Shown here piece by piece: positions 10,801 to 18,807 of a DNA stretch of 64,000 nt. The translations under genes were made by a program, and so were the position numbers. Position 1 is the first letter of the stretch. Each line of letters begins with the position of its first letter. Origin of the DNA: a virus; IMG/VR virus record IMGVR_UViG_3300045988_135095. One strand, written 5' to 3'. The notes under the pieces were generated by a model that saw only the letters and a list, made by a program, of their open reading frames with translations, was not told the DNA's origin and made no database searches.

Positions 10801-12640
10801 GGAGTTGTTTCTGCAAAGCGTTTATCCTTCCCTTGGTAGAATCGACCTTGTTGCCGAAATCCTCGGTAGCATCTGCCGCCTGATTGATATTATCTGCCTC
10901 TTCACTATGCAGTTTTTTTGCAGCTCGAAGCTCATAGAGATAACCAATCAATGCCTTCCTGGCATCGCTTGTTTTGTCTCCTGTAAAACCGAAAGTATTA
11001 GCAAGCTTTTCAGATTCGGATATCAAAGAAGCTTCCAGCTGATTGTATTGTTTCAGATATTTCTGATACTCCTTTGAGTGCTCATTCAAGCCAGCCATCT
11101 TCTGTGTTAGGTCATCAAACTGCTTGATAACCGAGTCAGATACGATGTTCTGTATGCCGACGGCTATACCGCTGCTAGAGGTTCCATAATCCTTCAACTT
11201 ACCCAAAAGGGCTTGCTGAGCGCTATCAACACGGTTGTTGTATTCTTCATTAGCCTTGGAGATTGCATTGGCTCTGTTGCGCTCTGTAGCCTCCAGCTTG
11301 ATTTGCTCGACGAGTTCTTTAGATTTATCTATCTCCTGCTGCTTAACATCCACAAGGTTGCTCTCGTCTTCCTTGATCTTGTCAATAGCAATCCCGTAGT
11401 TGTCATAGATGTTTGACAGCTCCTTGATGGTGTCCTTGTAAACCTTGGAGCCTTCCTTTGCAGTCTTCAGAATGGAGATTAGCGACTCGACCTTGCTTGA
11501 TGCTTCATTTGCACTCTCGGTAAACTTGGAAGTCTTGGTAGCGGCATCCTCAGCGCTATTGCCGAATAGATTGAACATCGTGACTCCAGCTGCTACTGCA
11601 CCAAGAACCAGACCGAGAACATTTGAAGAAGAGACCAAATTGAACAGAGCCATGGCATCCTTGGCGGTTGTGATAGACTTCGCTAAAGACAAGAATGCTT
11701 TCGCACTCTCCCAAGCTACCTGTGCCTTAGATATTGCTATCATCGTTATCACTGCAGCCTTGTATGCTCCATACGCTGCAACAACAGTCATGAGTACCTT
11801 GCCTACCGTCTCCCAATTCTCAACAAGGGTGGAAACGACTCCCAATCCGGTATTGATAACACCCTCCTGGGATTTGCCGAGGTCATTGAACATCTGCTCG
11901 ATGGCATCCTCAATGTTGCTTATCTGACCGGTAATAGTCTTGGACTGGGCTTCCATCAAGCCACCGAACTTGCTACCCTCGGCGGTCATACTCTGCATTG
12001 CCTGGATGAAGATGTCACTGGTAACCTTGCCTGCCTTGATTTGCTTCTGTACCTCCTTGATGGCGTTGGTAACGTCAAGCCCCATAACCTTGGCTATCTC
12101 ATCTGCGATAGGAATACCTCGGTTGAGGAACTGATACAGGTCCATCGTGTCCATCTTACCCTTGGCGATGGTAGTGCCGTAAAGCATCACAAGGTCTTTA
12201 AGGTTCAGACCCATACCTGCTGCAACGTCTCCCAATCCGATAAGCGTCTTGTTGACATCCTCGGCTGCTACGTTGAACGCAAGAAGCTGCTTGGCTCCCT
12301 CTGTAACGTCTTCAACCCCGAAAGGTGTGACGGCTGCCGTGCGGATCAACTGCTTCATGAGAGCATCAGCTTTCTCCTCAGACTGCAACATCGTCTTGAA
12401 TGCCATTTCTGTCTGCTGGAACTGACCGCGGACCTGCATCATCTGATTGACGAACTTGCCGATGCTCCAACCGCCAATGGCAATGTTCATGCTGTTCTGT
12501 ATATTCGAGATTACATCGTCAATAGACTTTCCGTCCTTCTCAACCCTCTCGGCAGTCTGATGAACTGCGTTCTGAATGTCTCGAAAACCGGAAACGACCT
12601 TGGCTGTCTCGACTATTGTATCGAATTTAATGCTTGGCAT
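7892..12640 (-). CDS. tape measure protein
   Basis: 1582 aa with long charged coiled-coil tracts (KKAAADAKKLAEDRKKAQEE) and Gly/Ala-rich hydrophobic segments. Canonical position between the chaperone and Dit genes. Confidence 0.85.
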   Translation of the reverse strand: MPSIKFDTIVETAKVVSGFRDIQNAVHQTAERVEKDGKSIDDVISNIQNSMNIAIGGWSIGKFVNQMMQVRGQFQQTEMAFKTMLQSEEKADALMKQLIRTAAVTPFGVEDVTEGAKQLLAFNVAAEDVNKTLIGLGDVAAGMGLNLKDLVMLYGTTIAKGKMDTMDLYQFLNRGIPIADEIAKVMGLDVTNAIKEVQKQIKAGKVTSDIFIQAMQSMTAEGSKFGGLMEAQSKTITGQISNIEDAIEQMFNDLGKSQEGVINTGLGVVSTLVENWETVGKVLMTVVAAYGAYKAAVITMIAISKAQVAWESAKAFLSLAKSITTAKDAMALFNLVSSSNVLGLVLGAVAAGVTMFNLFGNSAEDAATKTSKFTESANEASSKVESLISILKTAKEGSKVYKDTIKELSNIYDNYGIAIDKIKEDESNLVDVKQQEIDKSKELVEQIKLEATERNRANAISKANEEYNNRVDSAQQALLGKLKDYGTSSSGIAVGIQNIVSDSVIKQFDDLTQKMAGLNEHSKEYQKYLKQYNQLEASLISESEKLANTFGFTGDKTSDARKALIGYLYELRAAKKLHSEEADNINQAADATEDFGNKVDSTKGRINALQKQLQGAGEDVHVLYNRVKEFMQNYSENNINFHVNFDAKIPSWMQNMNIPELGRLGKYFSALARDLANNKKSGALVNGKWMSTNDIAQRGWDYTNAANTKQTKAEDDAKQKRREKEEAEANAKKNASKAKKAAADAKKLAEDRKKAQEELNEDLKQLQQENIDTDISQMQEGTEKKLAQIKNDYAKRNAEIDKQEAEFKKKNKEAGKKVTLTSAQSNALSKARDLATQEYNKKLDEVNREALTSMRDYLKEYGSLYQQKQAIAEEYEEKIAKAQTKGEKLSLQQQRKKDLQTIEINAIRQNIDWGSIFGDFGAMFKDQLEPTIEKLQELSKSTTDVNEQKTIQELISKLQGSATVWDSDIFKKVSDDINSYQSAMQGYIDAQEREIEATKAVTKAQEDLAKAKKSGDKTSISKAESNLSRAQGVLATASNNVLEFGSSVQKASSDLQTSAQKAVSQFQQLENGLQGLTSGSLKGIGNSILGLDKLFGGNMQKDVANTLAKGIQGLLGKDSDAAKALTKALGDSGMAGEIISAILGILDILKDGFGTLISNLMDTVFGAVTGILDDALSGDIVMKPLKSIGNNVSHILNTLSFGGFNSLFGGDGNAKKVNDTIERLTDRNTLLQQSIEDLTDAMENSFGSKATSYYEQAYKNQQETNQNYLDIAKAQASYHGSHHSWNRYWSGFGSEEIDWIKKNVKSDFNGDLFSLSPEEMKLLRGNVAIWEHIENTGKGNYGGRLTEKLNDYIDQAGKLEELSEQFKENLTQISFSGMRDSFLTDLMDMKKDGSDFASEMADDFAEKMQKSLLSFSMEDLINGDLKKLYDDWAKAMKDKNGKLTKEDVDAFYKRYDDIVQEGLKRRDEWAKVTGYTGSSSSSQTATSGGWASMGQDTADELNGRFTALQIAGESIAQNMTTTISQMESIVTLGISTNGAVLEIRNMMIMTNSYLEDIVKYSKLTYNDFGTKLDDMNRRLKDI

Positions 12641-12751
12641 AATGTTCTATTTTTCCTTGAATTTATACTCTGTTATAAAGAATCGCCGGGGAAACACCAA
12701 ATGTGAGTGTTCGATATGGGAACTTTACGTGCGTGCGCAGGAAGACTTCGG

Positions 12752-13462
12752 TTAAATCTCGGTCTCTGACTCTATCACCGCCTTCATGACCGCCTCCTTG
12801 TTGTTGCCATCGATGACCTCTTCCCCTGCTGCCGGTATATGTGCTTTCTTCCTCTCCTCGTCAGACAGATAGATTGAAGTAATCTTGTCTTTGAGCATGA
12901 GAGTCAGGTTGTTATACGATATTCCCCATACCACGTAATCGAAAGTCCATCCGTATCTTTCGCAAGCGGCATCTATGAGAGTTCCCCATATTGTCTTGCC
13001 TCCGAAGATAAAGCTATTCTCCGACTTCTTTGCCGCGTTGACTTTTGCCATACGCTTCGCTTCTTCTTCCATTCCTGTCTCTTTGGCTATTGTCTGGTAT
13101 GAGTTAGCCTTAAGGATGATGATGAGGAGAGTGGCTATATCCTCGTTGGAACATTCTTTGAAGATTAACTCCGTCTGCCTGCTTACGCATTTGGAGTCTA
13201 GTATTTCATTCTTTGTGTTGAGTGAGTGATATGCAATCAATCTGCAGCATGTCTCCCTTTTGGTGTTTGCAACTCGCAATGCTTCCAAGAATGGATCAGC
13301 TTGAAGTAACTCTTTGTCTAGCTCCAAGCTATCTACTAACTGCGACGTTAGGTACATCATGCCCAGTGTAGTAGGGTAGATGTTAACGTGAGCGTGCTCA
13401 GTATCAAAGCCTATCGGCATATCTGTGAGCGTATTCGATATAATGATTCCTAACTCTTCCAT
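12752..13462 (-). CDS. tail assembly chaperone-position protein
   Basis: 236 aa from the ATG at 13462 (MEELGIIISN). The track start at 13519 is a TTG that reads through the tRNA-like element. Lies between the major tail and tape measure genes. Confidence 0.4.
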   Translation of the reverse strand: MEELGIIISNTLTDMPIGFDTEHAHVNIYPTTLGMMYLTSQLVDSLELDKELLQADPFLEALRVANTKRETCCRLIAYHSLNTKNEILDSKCVSRQTELIFKECSNEDIATLLIIILKANSYQTIAKETGMEEEAKRMAKVNAAKKSENSFIFGGKTIWGTLIDAACERYGWTFDYVVWGISYNNLTLMLKDKITSIYLSDEERKKAHIPAAGEEVIDGNNKEAVMKAVIESETEI

Positions 13463-13482
13463 ATCACTCGAATTTAAATTGT

Positions 13483-13595
13483 TGGCACCCAAGGCAGGAC
13501 TCGAACCTGCGACTTTCAACCAGCTTTTGAAGACCCTGGATTTTTTTGCATGCGACGGACTATTTGGTCTCGCTCTGCCCCTGAGCTACTTGGGT
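13483..13595 (-). tRNA. tRNA-like element, 113 nt with encoded CCA, anticodon not assignable
   Basis: Perfect 7-bp acceptor stem (ACCCAAG/CTTGGGT), D-arm GCTC-AGGGGCA-GAGC, T-arm GCAGG-TTCGAGT-CCTGC, discriminator G and CCA. However, the 5-bp AGACC/GGTCT stem encloses a 30-nt loop. Confidence 0.55.
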
Positions 13596-13600
13596 AGGTT

Positions 13601-13624
13601 GCCGGCTGATAACCCTCAGTCGGC
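13601..13624 (-). other. 9-bp hairpin between the major tail gene stop and the tRNA-like element
   Basis: gccggctga-taaccc-tcagtcggc (one G-U pair). There is no U-tract, so it could be a processing or stability signal rather than a terminator. Confidence 0.3.
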
Positions 13625-13645
13625 AGAAGGGATATTAGGATATGC

Positions 13646-14227
13646 CTATGTCTCTGCGTATGTTTCCGTGATTTCAGCAGGAGGGGTCTCACCATCCTGC
13701 GGCTTCTTGAAAGTCAAGGAATACTTTCCACCTGTTCCCTTTGTGGCAGTAATGACACGCCAGCGGTAAGCACAATAGACTTCCTCACCCTTTGCGTTTG
13801 TAGTCTTAGCCACCACGTCACCCTCCGGAATGAGAGCTGCGTGGGTATAAGTGATGGAAGCACCTTCTTCTGTTGTATAGCCCTCCTCGGCACCGATGGT
13901 GGTATTACCCATGTAAACGCCAGGAAGCTCGGCGTCTTCTGGCTGGATAGCCAAACGGTAGTTACCCTCAATGATACCATCAATAGTCTTGAATGGCTGC
14001 GACTGGTTCTTCTTGATGAAGAGCTGATATACAGCCTCGTAGGTGGACTTCTTTGTCTTGCGGTCAACAATTCCGCCACCTTCCTCAACCTGAGTCATAG
14101 TATCGCCTTTCGTTGGAGTAACAGTAGTAGTGCCATCCTTTGGAGTTGGGAGCTTAGTCCACTCATTCTTTTTGCTACCTACCTCTTGAACGTAGATAGT
14201 GCATTTGCCCCATGATGTTACTGACAT
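13646..14227 (-). CDS. major tail protein (positional)
   Basis: 193 aa. First gene of the tail block, upstream of the chaperone and tape measure genes. Confidence 0.5.
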   Translation of the reverse strand: MSVTSWGKCTIYVQEVGSKKNEWTKLPTPKDGTTTVTPTKGDTMTQVEEGGGIVDRKTKKSTYEAVYQLFIKKNQSQPFKTIDGIIEGNYRLAIQPEDAELPGVYMGNTTIGAEEGYTTEEGASITYTHAALIPEGDVVAKTTNAKGEEVYCAYRWRVITATKGTGGKYSLTFKKPQDGETPPAEITETYAET

Positions 14228-14230
14228 AAT

Positions 14231-14623
14231 TTAATCGTTTATGAGTTTATATTCAACTTGATTATTTATTACATGTTCTCCCGTGCTTGCTGCATATACC
14301 CTCTGCTCAATAGCGTGGGCAACATATTCGCTCGTTCTGAACATTTCCAAGAGATTCCAAGCCAGTTTGCAGATTTCGTCAACTCTGATAGTGTTCTCCT
14401 CGAACTGCCCATCTACATCCTGGTCTTGTATATATATATTTACATTTATAATCGCCGTTTGAAGCTGCGTTCCCTCATTAGCCAAGATGGAGATAACGAC
14501 ATCTTCCTTATGAGAATTATGCGGTCTCATCGTCTTTGACAGCTTGCCATTGACGTTGTTCATGAAACCGCTTTCGTTGATGTACCGGTAAACATCTGTC
14601 TTAATTGCTCCGTCTGATTTCAT
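14231..14623 (-). CDS. neck / tail-completion structural protein (positional)
   Basis: The ATG at 14623 forms an ATGA overlap with the upstream stop. The track start at 14632 is a GTG. Confidence 0.4.
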   Translation of the reverse strand: MKSDGAIKTDVYRYINESGFMNNVNGKLSKTMRPHNSHKEDVVISILANEGTQLQTAIINVNIYIQDQDVDGQFEENTIRVDEICKLAWNLLEMFRTSEYVAHAIEQRVYAASTGEHVINNQVEYKLIND

Positions 14624-15102
14624 ATCTTCCACTTGTTTATTTCATTAACTGCTGAGTCTATTGCTGTCTTCACACGCTGCTCTACAATGGATGTGGCCCA
14701 TATCTTCGTTGAAGCGAGGACATCCTTGCTTTCCAAGGCTTCCACCTCTCCTGCGTATTCCATTCCGGCAACGACAACCAAAGCATAAACCCTGGAATAT
14801 TCCTTAGCAAGGTCATTGATCATCTTCTTGCCCTTTACAGAGCCGTCTGTGCCACTGAGAACCTGCGAAAAGGCTGATTCCATATATTTACTTCCCTGCT
14901 CGTACACGGCGAAACCTATGGAGCTTCTTAGGTTGCCCGTATGGTCTATCCAGCTTTCCTTGGCAGACCTGTTACGGATTCTAACCACAGATTCGTCTCC
15001 TAGCTTGCTCAATGCCTTAAGCACATTCTCCTGTATCTTCCTAGCGGCTCTCTGTAGGAAGGCATCGAGAGCGGAAGCGCTGGTTGTCATTCTTATGCCC
15101 AT
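14620..15102 (-). CDS. HK97 gp10-like head-tail joining protein
   Basis: 160 aa. ...HTGNLRSSIGFAVY... resembles the gp10-family signature (from memory). Located in the neck gene block. Confidence 0.5.
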   Translation of the reverse strand: MGIRMTTSASALDAFLQRAARKIQENVLKALSKLGDESVVRIRNRSAKESWIDHTGNLRSSIGFAVYEQGSKYMESAFSQVLSGTDGSVKGKKMINDLAKEYSRVYALVVVAGMEYAGEVEALESKDVLASTKIWATSIVEQRVKTAIDSAVNEINKWKI

Positions 15103-15422
15103 ATCTTACACTGGAGTTGATAACGATGAAATCCCTTGACCTTGATAATTACATCCTCAGCCCCTAAAATTTCTAGCTTGATAAAATCCCCATAAGAGAA
15201 CTTTTCAATTCCTACGGGCAAGTTATGCACTTCGTAGGAGTAGTAATCAATAGAACCGTCAGATGTAACTAACTTGTTGGCCTCGCCAGCAGGAACTACA
15301 TCGCAAGTGCAGCAGAACTTCCACTCGGTCTTGCCCTGGTGATAATTTCCATCATCATCTGTATAGCCAGCTACCTTCTGCTGCCGGTATAGCTTTGAGG
15401 CATGAAAACTCAATAGACTCAT
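15093..15422 (-). CDS. head closure / neck protein (positional)
   Basis: The ATG at 15422 overlaps the upstream stop by 1 nt (TGATG). The track start at 15428 is a TTG. Confidence 0.4.
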   Translation of the reverse strand: MSLLSFHASKLYRQQKVAGYTDDDGNYHQGKTEWKFCCTCDVVPAGEANKLVTSDGSIDYYSYEVHNLPVGIEKFSYGDFIKLEILGAEDVIIKVKGFHRYQLQCKIWA

Positions 15423-15751
15423 CAGCAATTAATGTAAACTGTCGGCTTTGGAGTAAGTGAAACCTCCTCCTCGCCGATAGAGTTATATAAACGATTGACT
15501 TGAACTAATATAGCCTTTCGCTGGTCTTCCGAGAGAGAACCTATTGATTTGTCCGCTTCGGAGAAGCTAACGGCTTGTATGAGAGAAAGCAGACAGTCGG
15601 CAAGCGTTCCTTTGTAGGCGTCACTTCTGGAAACGTCACCAGTGAACTCTGATTCGATATCGAGGTCACGCTTGATGCAGGCGTTTTCCACGAAACCATA
15701 GGGGATAGGTATGTGTACCTCATCCACCAAAGCTTGTCCGACCGTCTTCAT
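15422..15751 (-). CDS. head-tail connector / adaptor (positional)
   Basis: 109 aa gene directly after the capsid gene. Confidence 0.4.
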   Translation of the reverse strand: MKTVGQALVDEVHIPIPYGFVENACIKRDLDIESEFTGDVSRSDAYKGTLADCLLSLIQAVSFSEADKSIGSLSEDQRKAILVQVNRLYNSIGEEEVSLTPKPTVYINC

Positions 15752-15753
15752 GA

Positions 15754-17061
15754 TTACTCCTCAGCTTTAGCTGCGTTATCCTTGAACTCCTTCTTCTTTG
15801 TAGGAGGCAGCTCATTGTAGGCGTCAATAACCTCCTTGTCGCTGGCGTCACTAGGAAGTGTAGCACCAAGAGCGTTGAGAGTTGTGATAGCCTCCGGCTT
15901 CTTGTAGGTCACATCAGAGATTGTTACCTTAGCGTCCTCTGTATCTGCTTTCTCCTTTTCGGTATCAACCGAAACGTCTGGGTCTGCCAGCTTAGTATTA
16001 ATCTGATAGATTGTATCAACGTCCTCGATGACAGGCAAGCAGTATGCCTGCACCGCAGTAGTCTCACGCAATGGATCAGTTGTTGAATACTGAGAGATAA
16101 GCTTGTAATCAATTTGCTGATAGGTTACACCTGCCACTCTGTTGGTTGCCTCTGCTACCTGACCGTAAACGAGGGCACCAATCATCTGTGAGCAGACACC
16201 GATAATCATATCGTTGTTCCAAGGCTTAACGCTCTTCTTCACACCATCATGCTCCAAGCGGACAGTACGGTTGATGATGCGGAATGATACACCGGTCTCG
16301 TCCAAGAATGCCTCCTGGAATACGTTGGCAGTAGGAACCGGCAGCTTTGTGTTGGAGTCATAAGTCTGACCCTTATAGTTGGCAACAAGCTCACGAGCGT
16401 CCTGTGCCTTCTTCAGTTCGTCAAACTTAGCCTTACCAATCCAGAAGATCAAGATGGTGTTGCCATCATTCGATGCTCGCTCGATACATTCCTTCAAGTC
16501 AGCAACGGTAACACCATTATTGACGTTGTTGATACCAAGCTGATTTTCTGGTAAGTACTGATACGTGATGCGAAGCATCTCATTTGGCTTGTCATCGTCA
16601 CGAACAGCTACGTAGCCGTTAGAAAGACCATACAGAAGGGCGTACTCATTACGCTCATCAACACCGACATTACAAGCTACCGGGTCCTGCGCCAACTTAC
16701 GGCGAATCTCTGCTGTCTGACCGCCCTGTGCTTCCATGAGTCTGAGAGTGAGAATATCTGACTCCTTCAAGAATTTCTTCATACCGACTTTTGGCAGTTT
16801 GCCGTTGGCGGTTGAAATCTTGTCACGTGACTTCAAAGGAACCGGAGAATCCACTGCCACGTAGTCAGCAGCTACGTAAGAGGTATCAACTGTGTCGGCT
16901 TCCCATTTGTTGTCGGTAGAATAAACGCGGCGGAGAATGGATGTATCTTTGTGGAGATACGTCATCTCGTTCTTGCGCTTACCGTTAATCTTCTCAATCA
17001 ATGTCTTCAGGATTGGGAAGAAACTCAAGATATACTTAAGAAATAAAGAACTCTGTTGCAT
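15754..17061 (-). CDS. major capsid protein
   Basis: 435 aa. Follows the scaffold and a small decoration-like gene. AAGGAGGTGA lies 3 nt upstream of the ATG at 17061. Confidence 0.6.
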   Translation of the reverse strand: MQQSSLFLKYILSFFPILKTLIEKINGKRKNEMTYLHKDTSILRRVYSTDNKWEADTVDTSYVAADYVAVDSPVPLKSRDKISTANGKLPKVGMKKFLKESDILTLRLMEAQGGQTAEIRRKLAQDPVACNVGVDERNEYALLYGLSNGYVAVRDDDKPNEMLRITYQYLPENQLGINNVNNGVTVADLKECIERASNDGNTILIFWIGKAKFDELKKAQDARELVANYKGQTYDSNTKLPVPTANVFQEAFLDETGVSFRIINRTVRLEHDGVKKSVKPWNNDMIIGVCSQMIGALVYGQVAEATNRVAGVTYQQIDYKLISQYSTTDPLRETTAVQAYCLPVIEDVDTIYQINTKLADPDVSVDTEKEKADTEDAKVTISDVTYKKPEAITTLNALGATLPSDASDKEVIDAYNELPPTKKKEFKDNAAKAEE

Positions 17062-17072
17062 AAATCACCTCC

Positions 17073-17465
17073 TTAACCGATTGCATCGTGTCCCCACTGA
17101 AGAGTAGGAACGGCTGTTTTCAAAGCTGCCTTAATCGTATCGACAGGATAAGGGACAGCCTTATCATTAGCCTCACCTGCCGTCATAACACCTACATGAG
17201 GGGTATCTGCCGGAGCTGTTGTCATACAGATGCCAACATACTCGTGGCTCGCTGGCAAAGAAGCATAAGCCCCACCTGTTACAGGCATTGGCTTGTACTC
17301 GCCAGACGTAGTGTCACGAATGATAATGTGTCCGCACTGGATGAACTCTCCAGAGAAACCTGTCAAGTCAAGAACGACACCACCCATGATGCCATTCACG
17401 TAATTTCTGATGATTACAGACTCCTTGCCTGAATCATACGTTTCTGTCTTGCTTACGCCATACAT
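17073..17465 (-). CDS. small head protein (decoration / cement-like, positional)
   Basis: 130 aa gene between the scaffold and capsid genes. Confidence 0.35.
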   Translation of the reverse strand: MYGVSKTETYDSGKESVIIRNYVNGIMGGVVLDLTGFSGEFIQCGHIIIRDTTSGEYKPMPVTGGAYASLPASHEYVGICMTTAPADTPHVGVMTAGEANDKAVPYPVDTIKAALKTAVPTLQWGHDAIG

Positions 17466-17484
17466 AACTTTTAAAATTTAAAGA

Positions 17485-18180
17485 TTACATTGTTTCGGCA
17501 AGCTCATCAATCTCATTGTCCTTGATAACCTCAACCTCATCCTTCTTAGGCTTTCTCTGAGCCGCAGGAGCACCAAGTTTTCCGAGACCTTCGTTAGCAC
17601 GCTCTTGATCGATAGCTGCCAAGTCCTCCACAACACCATCGTAGAAATCATCGAACTCAGATTCGTTCTCGAACTTCATCTTGTCGAAATTCTTCAAGAT
17701 AGTCTTTCCGAACGTACCTTTGTCCTTAAGGAGTGCCTTCAGCTTAGAACGGCGGCCATCATTCTCACGCTCTGACTTCAAACCGAGGATTTCGGTCTGC
17801 AAGGCTTTGTTCTGAGTAATGAGTGCCTGCGCCCATGCTGGGACCTGCTCATCTTTCTCTCTCTTCTGTTTGCGGATTGGTTTCTTGTTGCCGGCAGGGT
17901 CATCATCATCGTCATCGACCTCGTCGTCATCCAAGTCTTGACTATCCTTAAAACTCTGGATAGTACGCTGCGCAGTCTTTTGCGCAATCTTAAGATAAGG
18001 AAGAACCGCATTGACCTGCTTTTCAATCTCTGCGTTTACATCCTCGTCTGAGGCTTCTTCATCGAGTTCTAAGTTATTGGCAACATCGGCAGCAATACCC
18101 TCTAACTCCTCTCTACTGAACCCCAACGCCTTTGATTTGGGTTTCAGAATAACTAAAACTTGCTTCGTTCTTTTTTTCAT
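17485..18180 (-). CDS. scaffolding protein
   Basis: Starts at the ATG at 18180 (MKKRTKQV). Acidic and helical, with DDDEVDDDDDD. Lies upstream of the capsid gene. The track start at 18258 is a TTG inside the promoter. Confidence 0.55.
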   Translation of the reverse strand: MKKRTKQVLVILKPKSKALGFSREELEGIAADVANNLELDEEASDEDVNAEIEKQVNAVLPYLKIAQKTAQRTIQSFKDSQDLDDDEVDDDDDDPAGNKKPIRKQKREKDEQVPAWAQALITQNKALQTEILGLKSERENDGRRSKLKALLKDKGTFGKTILKNFDKMKFENESEFDDFYDGVVEDLAAIDQERANEGLGKLGAPAAQRKPKKDEVEVIKDNEIDELAETM

Positions 18181-18255
18181 TCTAACTAAATATTTAATTG
18201 AACAATAAAATTCAAGAAATATCCCAGTACGAAGCGATAGCAATAAGTAATGCTG

Positions 18256-18287
18256 CAAAATTATAAAAAAAGTATTTAGTCACCAAA
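18256..18287 (-). promoter_or_regulatory. late structural-operon promoter TTTG-N20-TAATTTTG
   Basis: Minus strand has TATATTTG, then 20 nt, then TAATTTTGCAGC, about 70 nt upstream of the scaffold ATG. Confidence 0.5.
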
Positions 18288-18304
18288 TATATTGCAAGGA
18301 AATA

Positions 18305-18321
18305 TACTTAATGATTAAATA
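18305..18321. promoter_or_regulatory. 17-bp palindrome copy 2 (1 mismatch)
   Basis: tacttaatgattaaata, 18-34 nt upstream of the -33 element of the structural promoter. Confidence 0.3.
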
Positions 18322-18342
18322 CTTTATGGTTACATATAAATA

Positions 18343-18807
18343 TTAATCTGGATAATTGAGCTTATCCGGTCCAGCTGTGGATAGATATACGGAGAACATA
18401 TCACATAGCTCTTTTGCTCCTTTTAAGTCGTTGAGCTTGTAATTACCGCATTCCACTTCCGATGCACCTGGAATCGTCTTTGATAGCGAACAAGCCTTGA
18501 AGGCTTCTACTATCATTTCCTTTATGAGCTTTGAAGTCCACGTACCTTTAAGGATAAGATAGAAACCTGTAAGACATCCCATTGGTCCAAAATACAGAAC
18601 GGAATTGCTAAGAGGACTATCATTTCGTAGGTAGTCCGCCATCAAATGCTCTATTGTGTGCGCGACAGCAGGTGACATCATATCTTTGTTTGGCTTGCAC
18701 ACGCGAATATCGAATGTGGTAGCAGTCTCCATGCCCCATTTATCTACTCTCGAAACATAAAGACCTGGCTTCAGTTTCGTATGATCAACTTTAAAACTTG
18801 GTATCAT
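18343..18807 (-). CDS. luxS: S-ribosylhomocysteine lyase LuxS
   Basis: 154 aa. All LuxS hallmarks are present: HTIEH metal site, GPMGCLTGFY and ECGNY. Confidence 0.85.
   Translation of the reverse strand: MIPSFKVDHTKLKPGLYVSRVDKWGMETATTFDIRVCKPNKDMMSPAVAHTIEHLMADYLRNDSPLSNSVLYFGPMGCLTGFYLILKGTWTSKLIKEMIVEAFKACSLSKTIPGASEVECGNYKLNDLKGAKELCDMFSVYLSTAGPDKLNYPD

Noticed and set aside
8010-12706. Many 60-220 aa ORFs on both strands inside the tape-measure gene (for example 9388..9927, 9833..10399, 11445..11927, 12041..12706)
   Set aside because: They are nested in or antisense to one uninterrupted 1582-codon ORF. Their products are low-complexity (Ser/Leu/Arg-rich), as expected from out-of-frame reading of a repetitive charged gene.
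12668-12760. Programmed -1 frameshift extension of the tail chaperone (G/GT-like)
   Set aside because: The -1 frame stays open for only about 31 codons after the stop (to about 12668). I could not find an X-XXY-YYZ slippery heptamer near GAGATTTAA, so this is too weak to call.
13425-13769. 114-aa plus-strand ORF, and the TTG-initiated N-terminal extension of 12752..13519
   Set aside because: Both simply read through the tRNA-like element and the adjacent hairpin. The chaperone-position gene has a good ATG at 13462.
17485-18258. N-terminal extensions of track ORFs that start at TTG/GTG (18258, 38810, 38509, 56590, 62905, 50226, 33431, 45918, 37867, 14632, 15428)
   Set aside because: In each case the extension translates a promoter or conserved leader. 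An in-frame ATG with tight coupling to the upstream stop lies downstream, and those coordinates were used instead.
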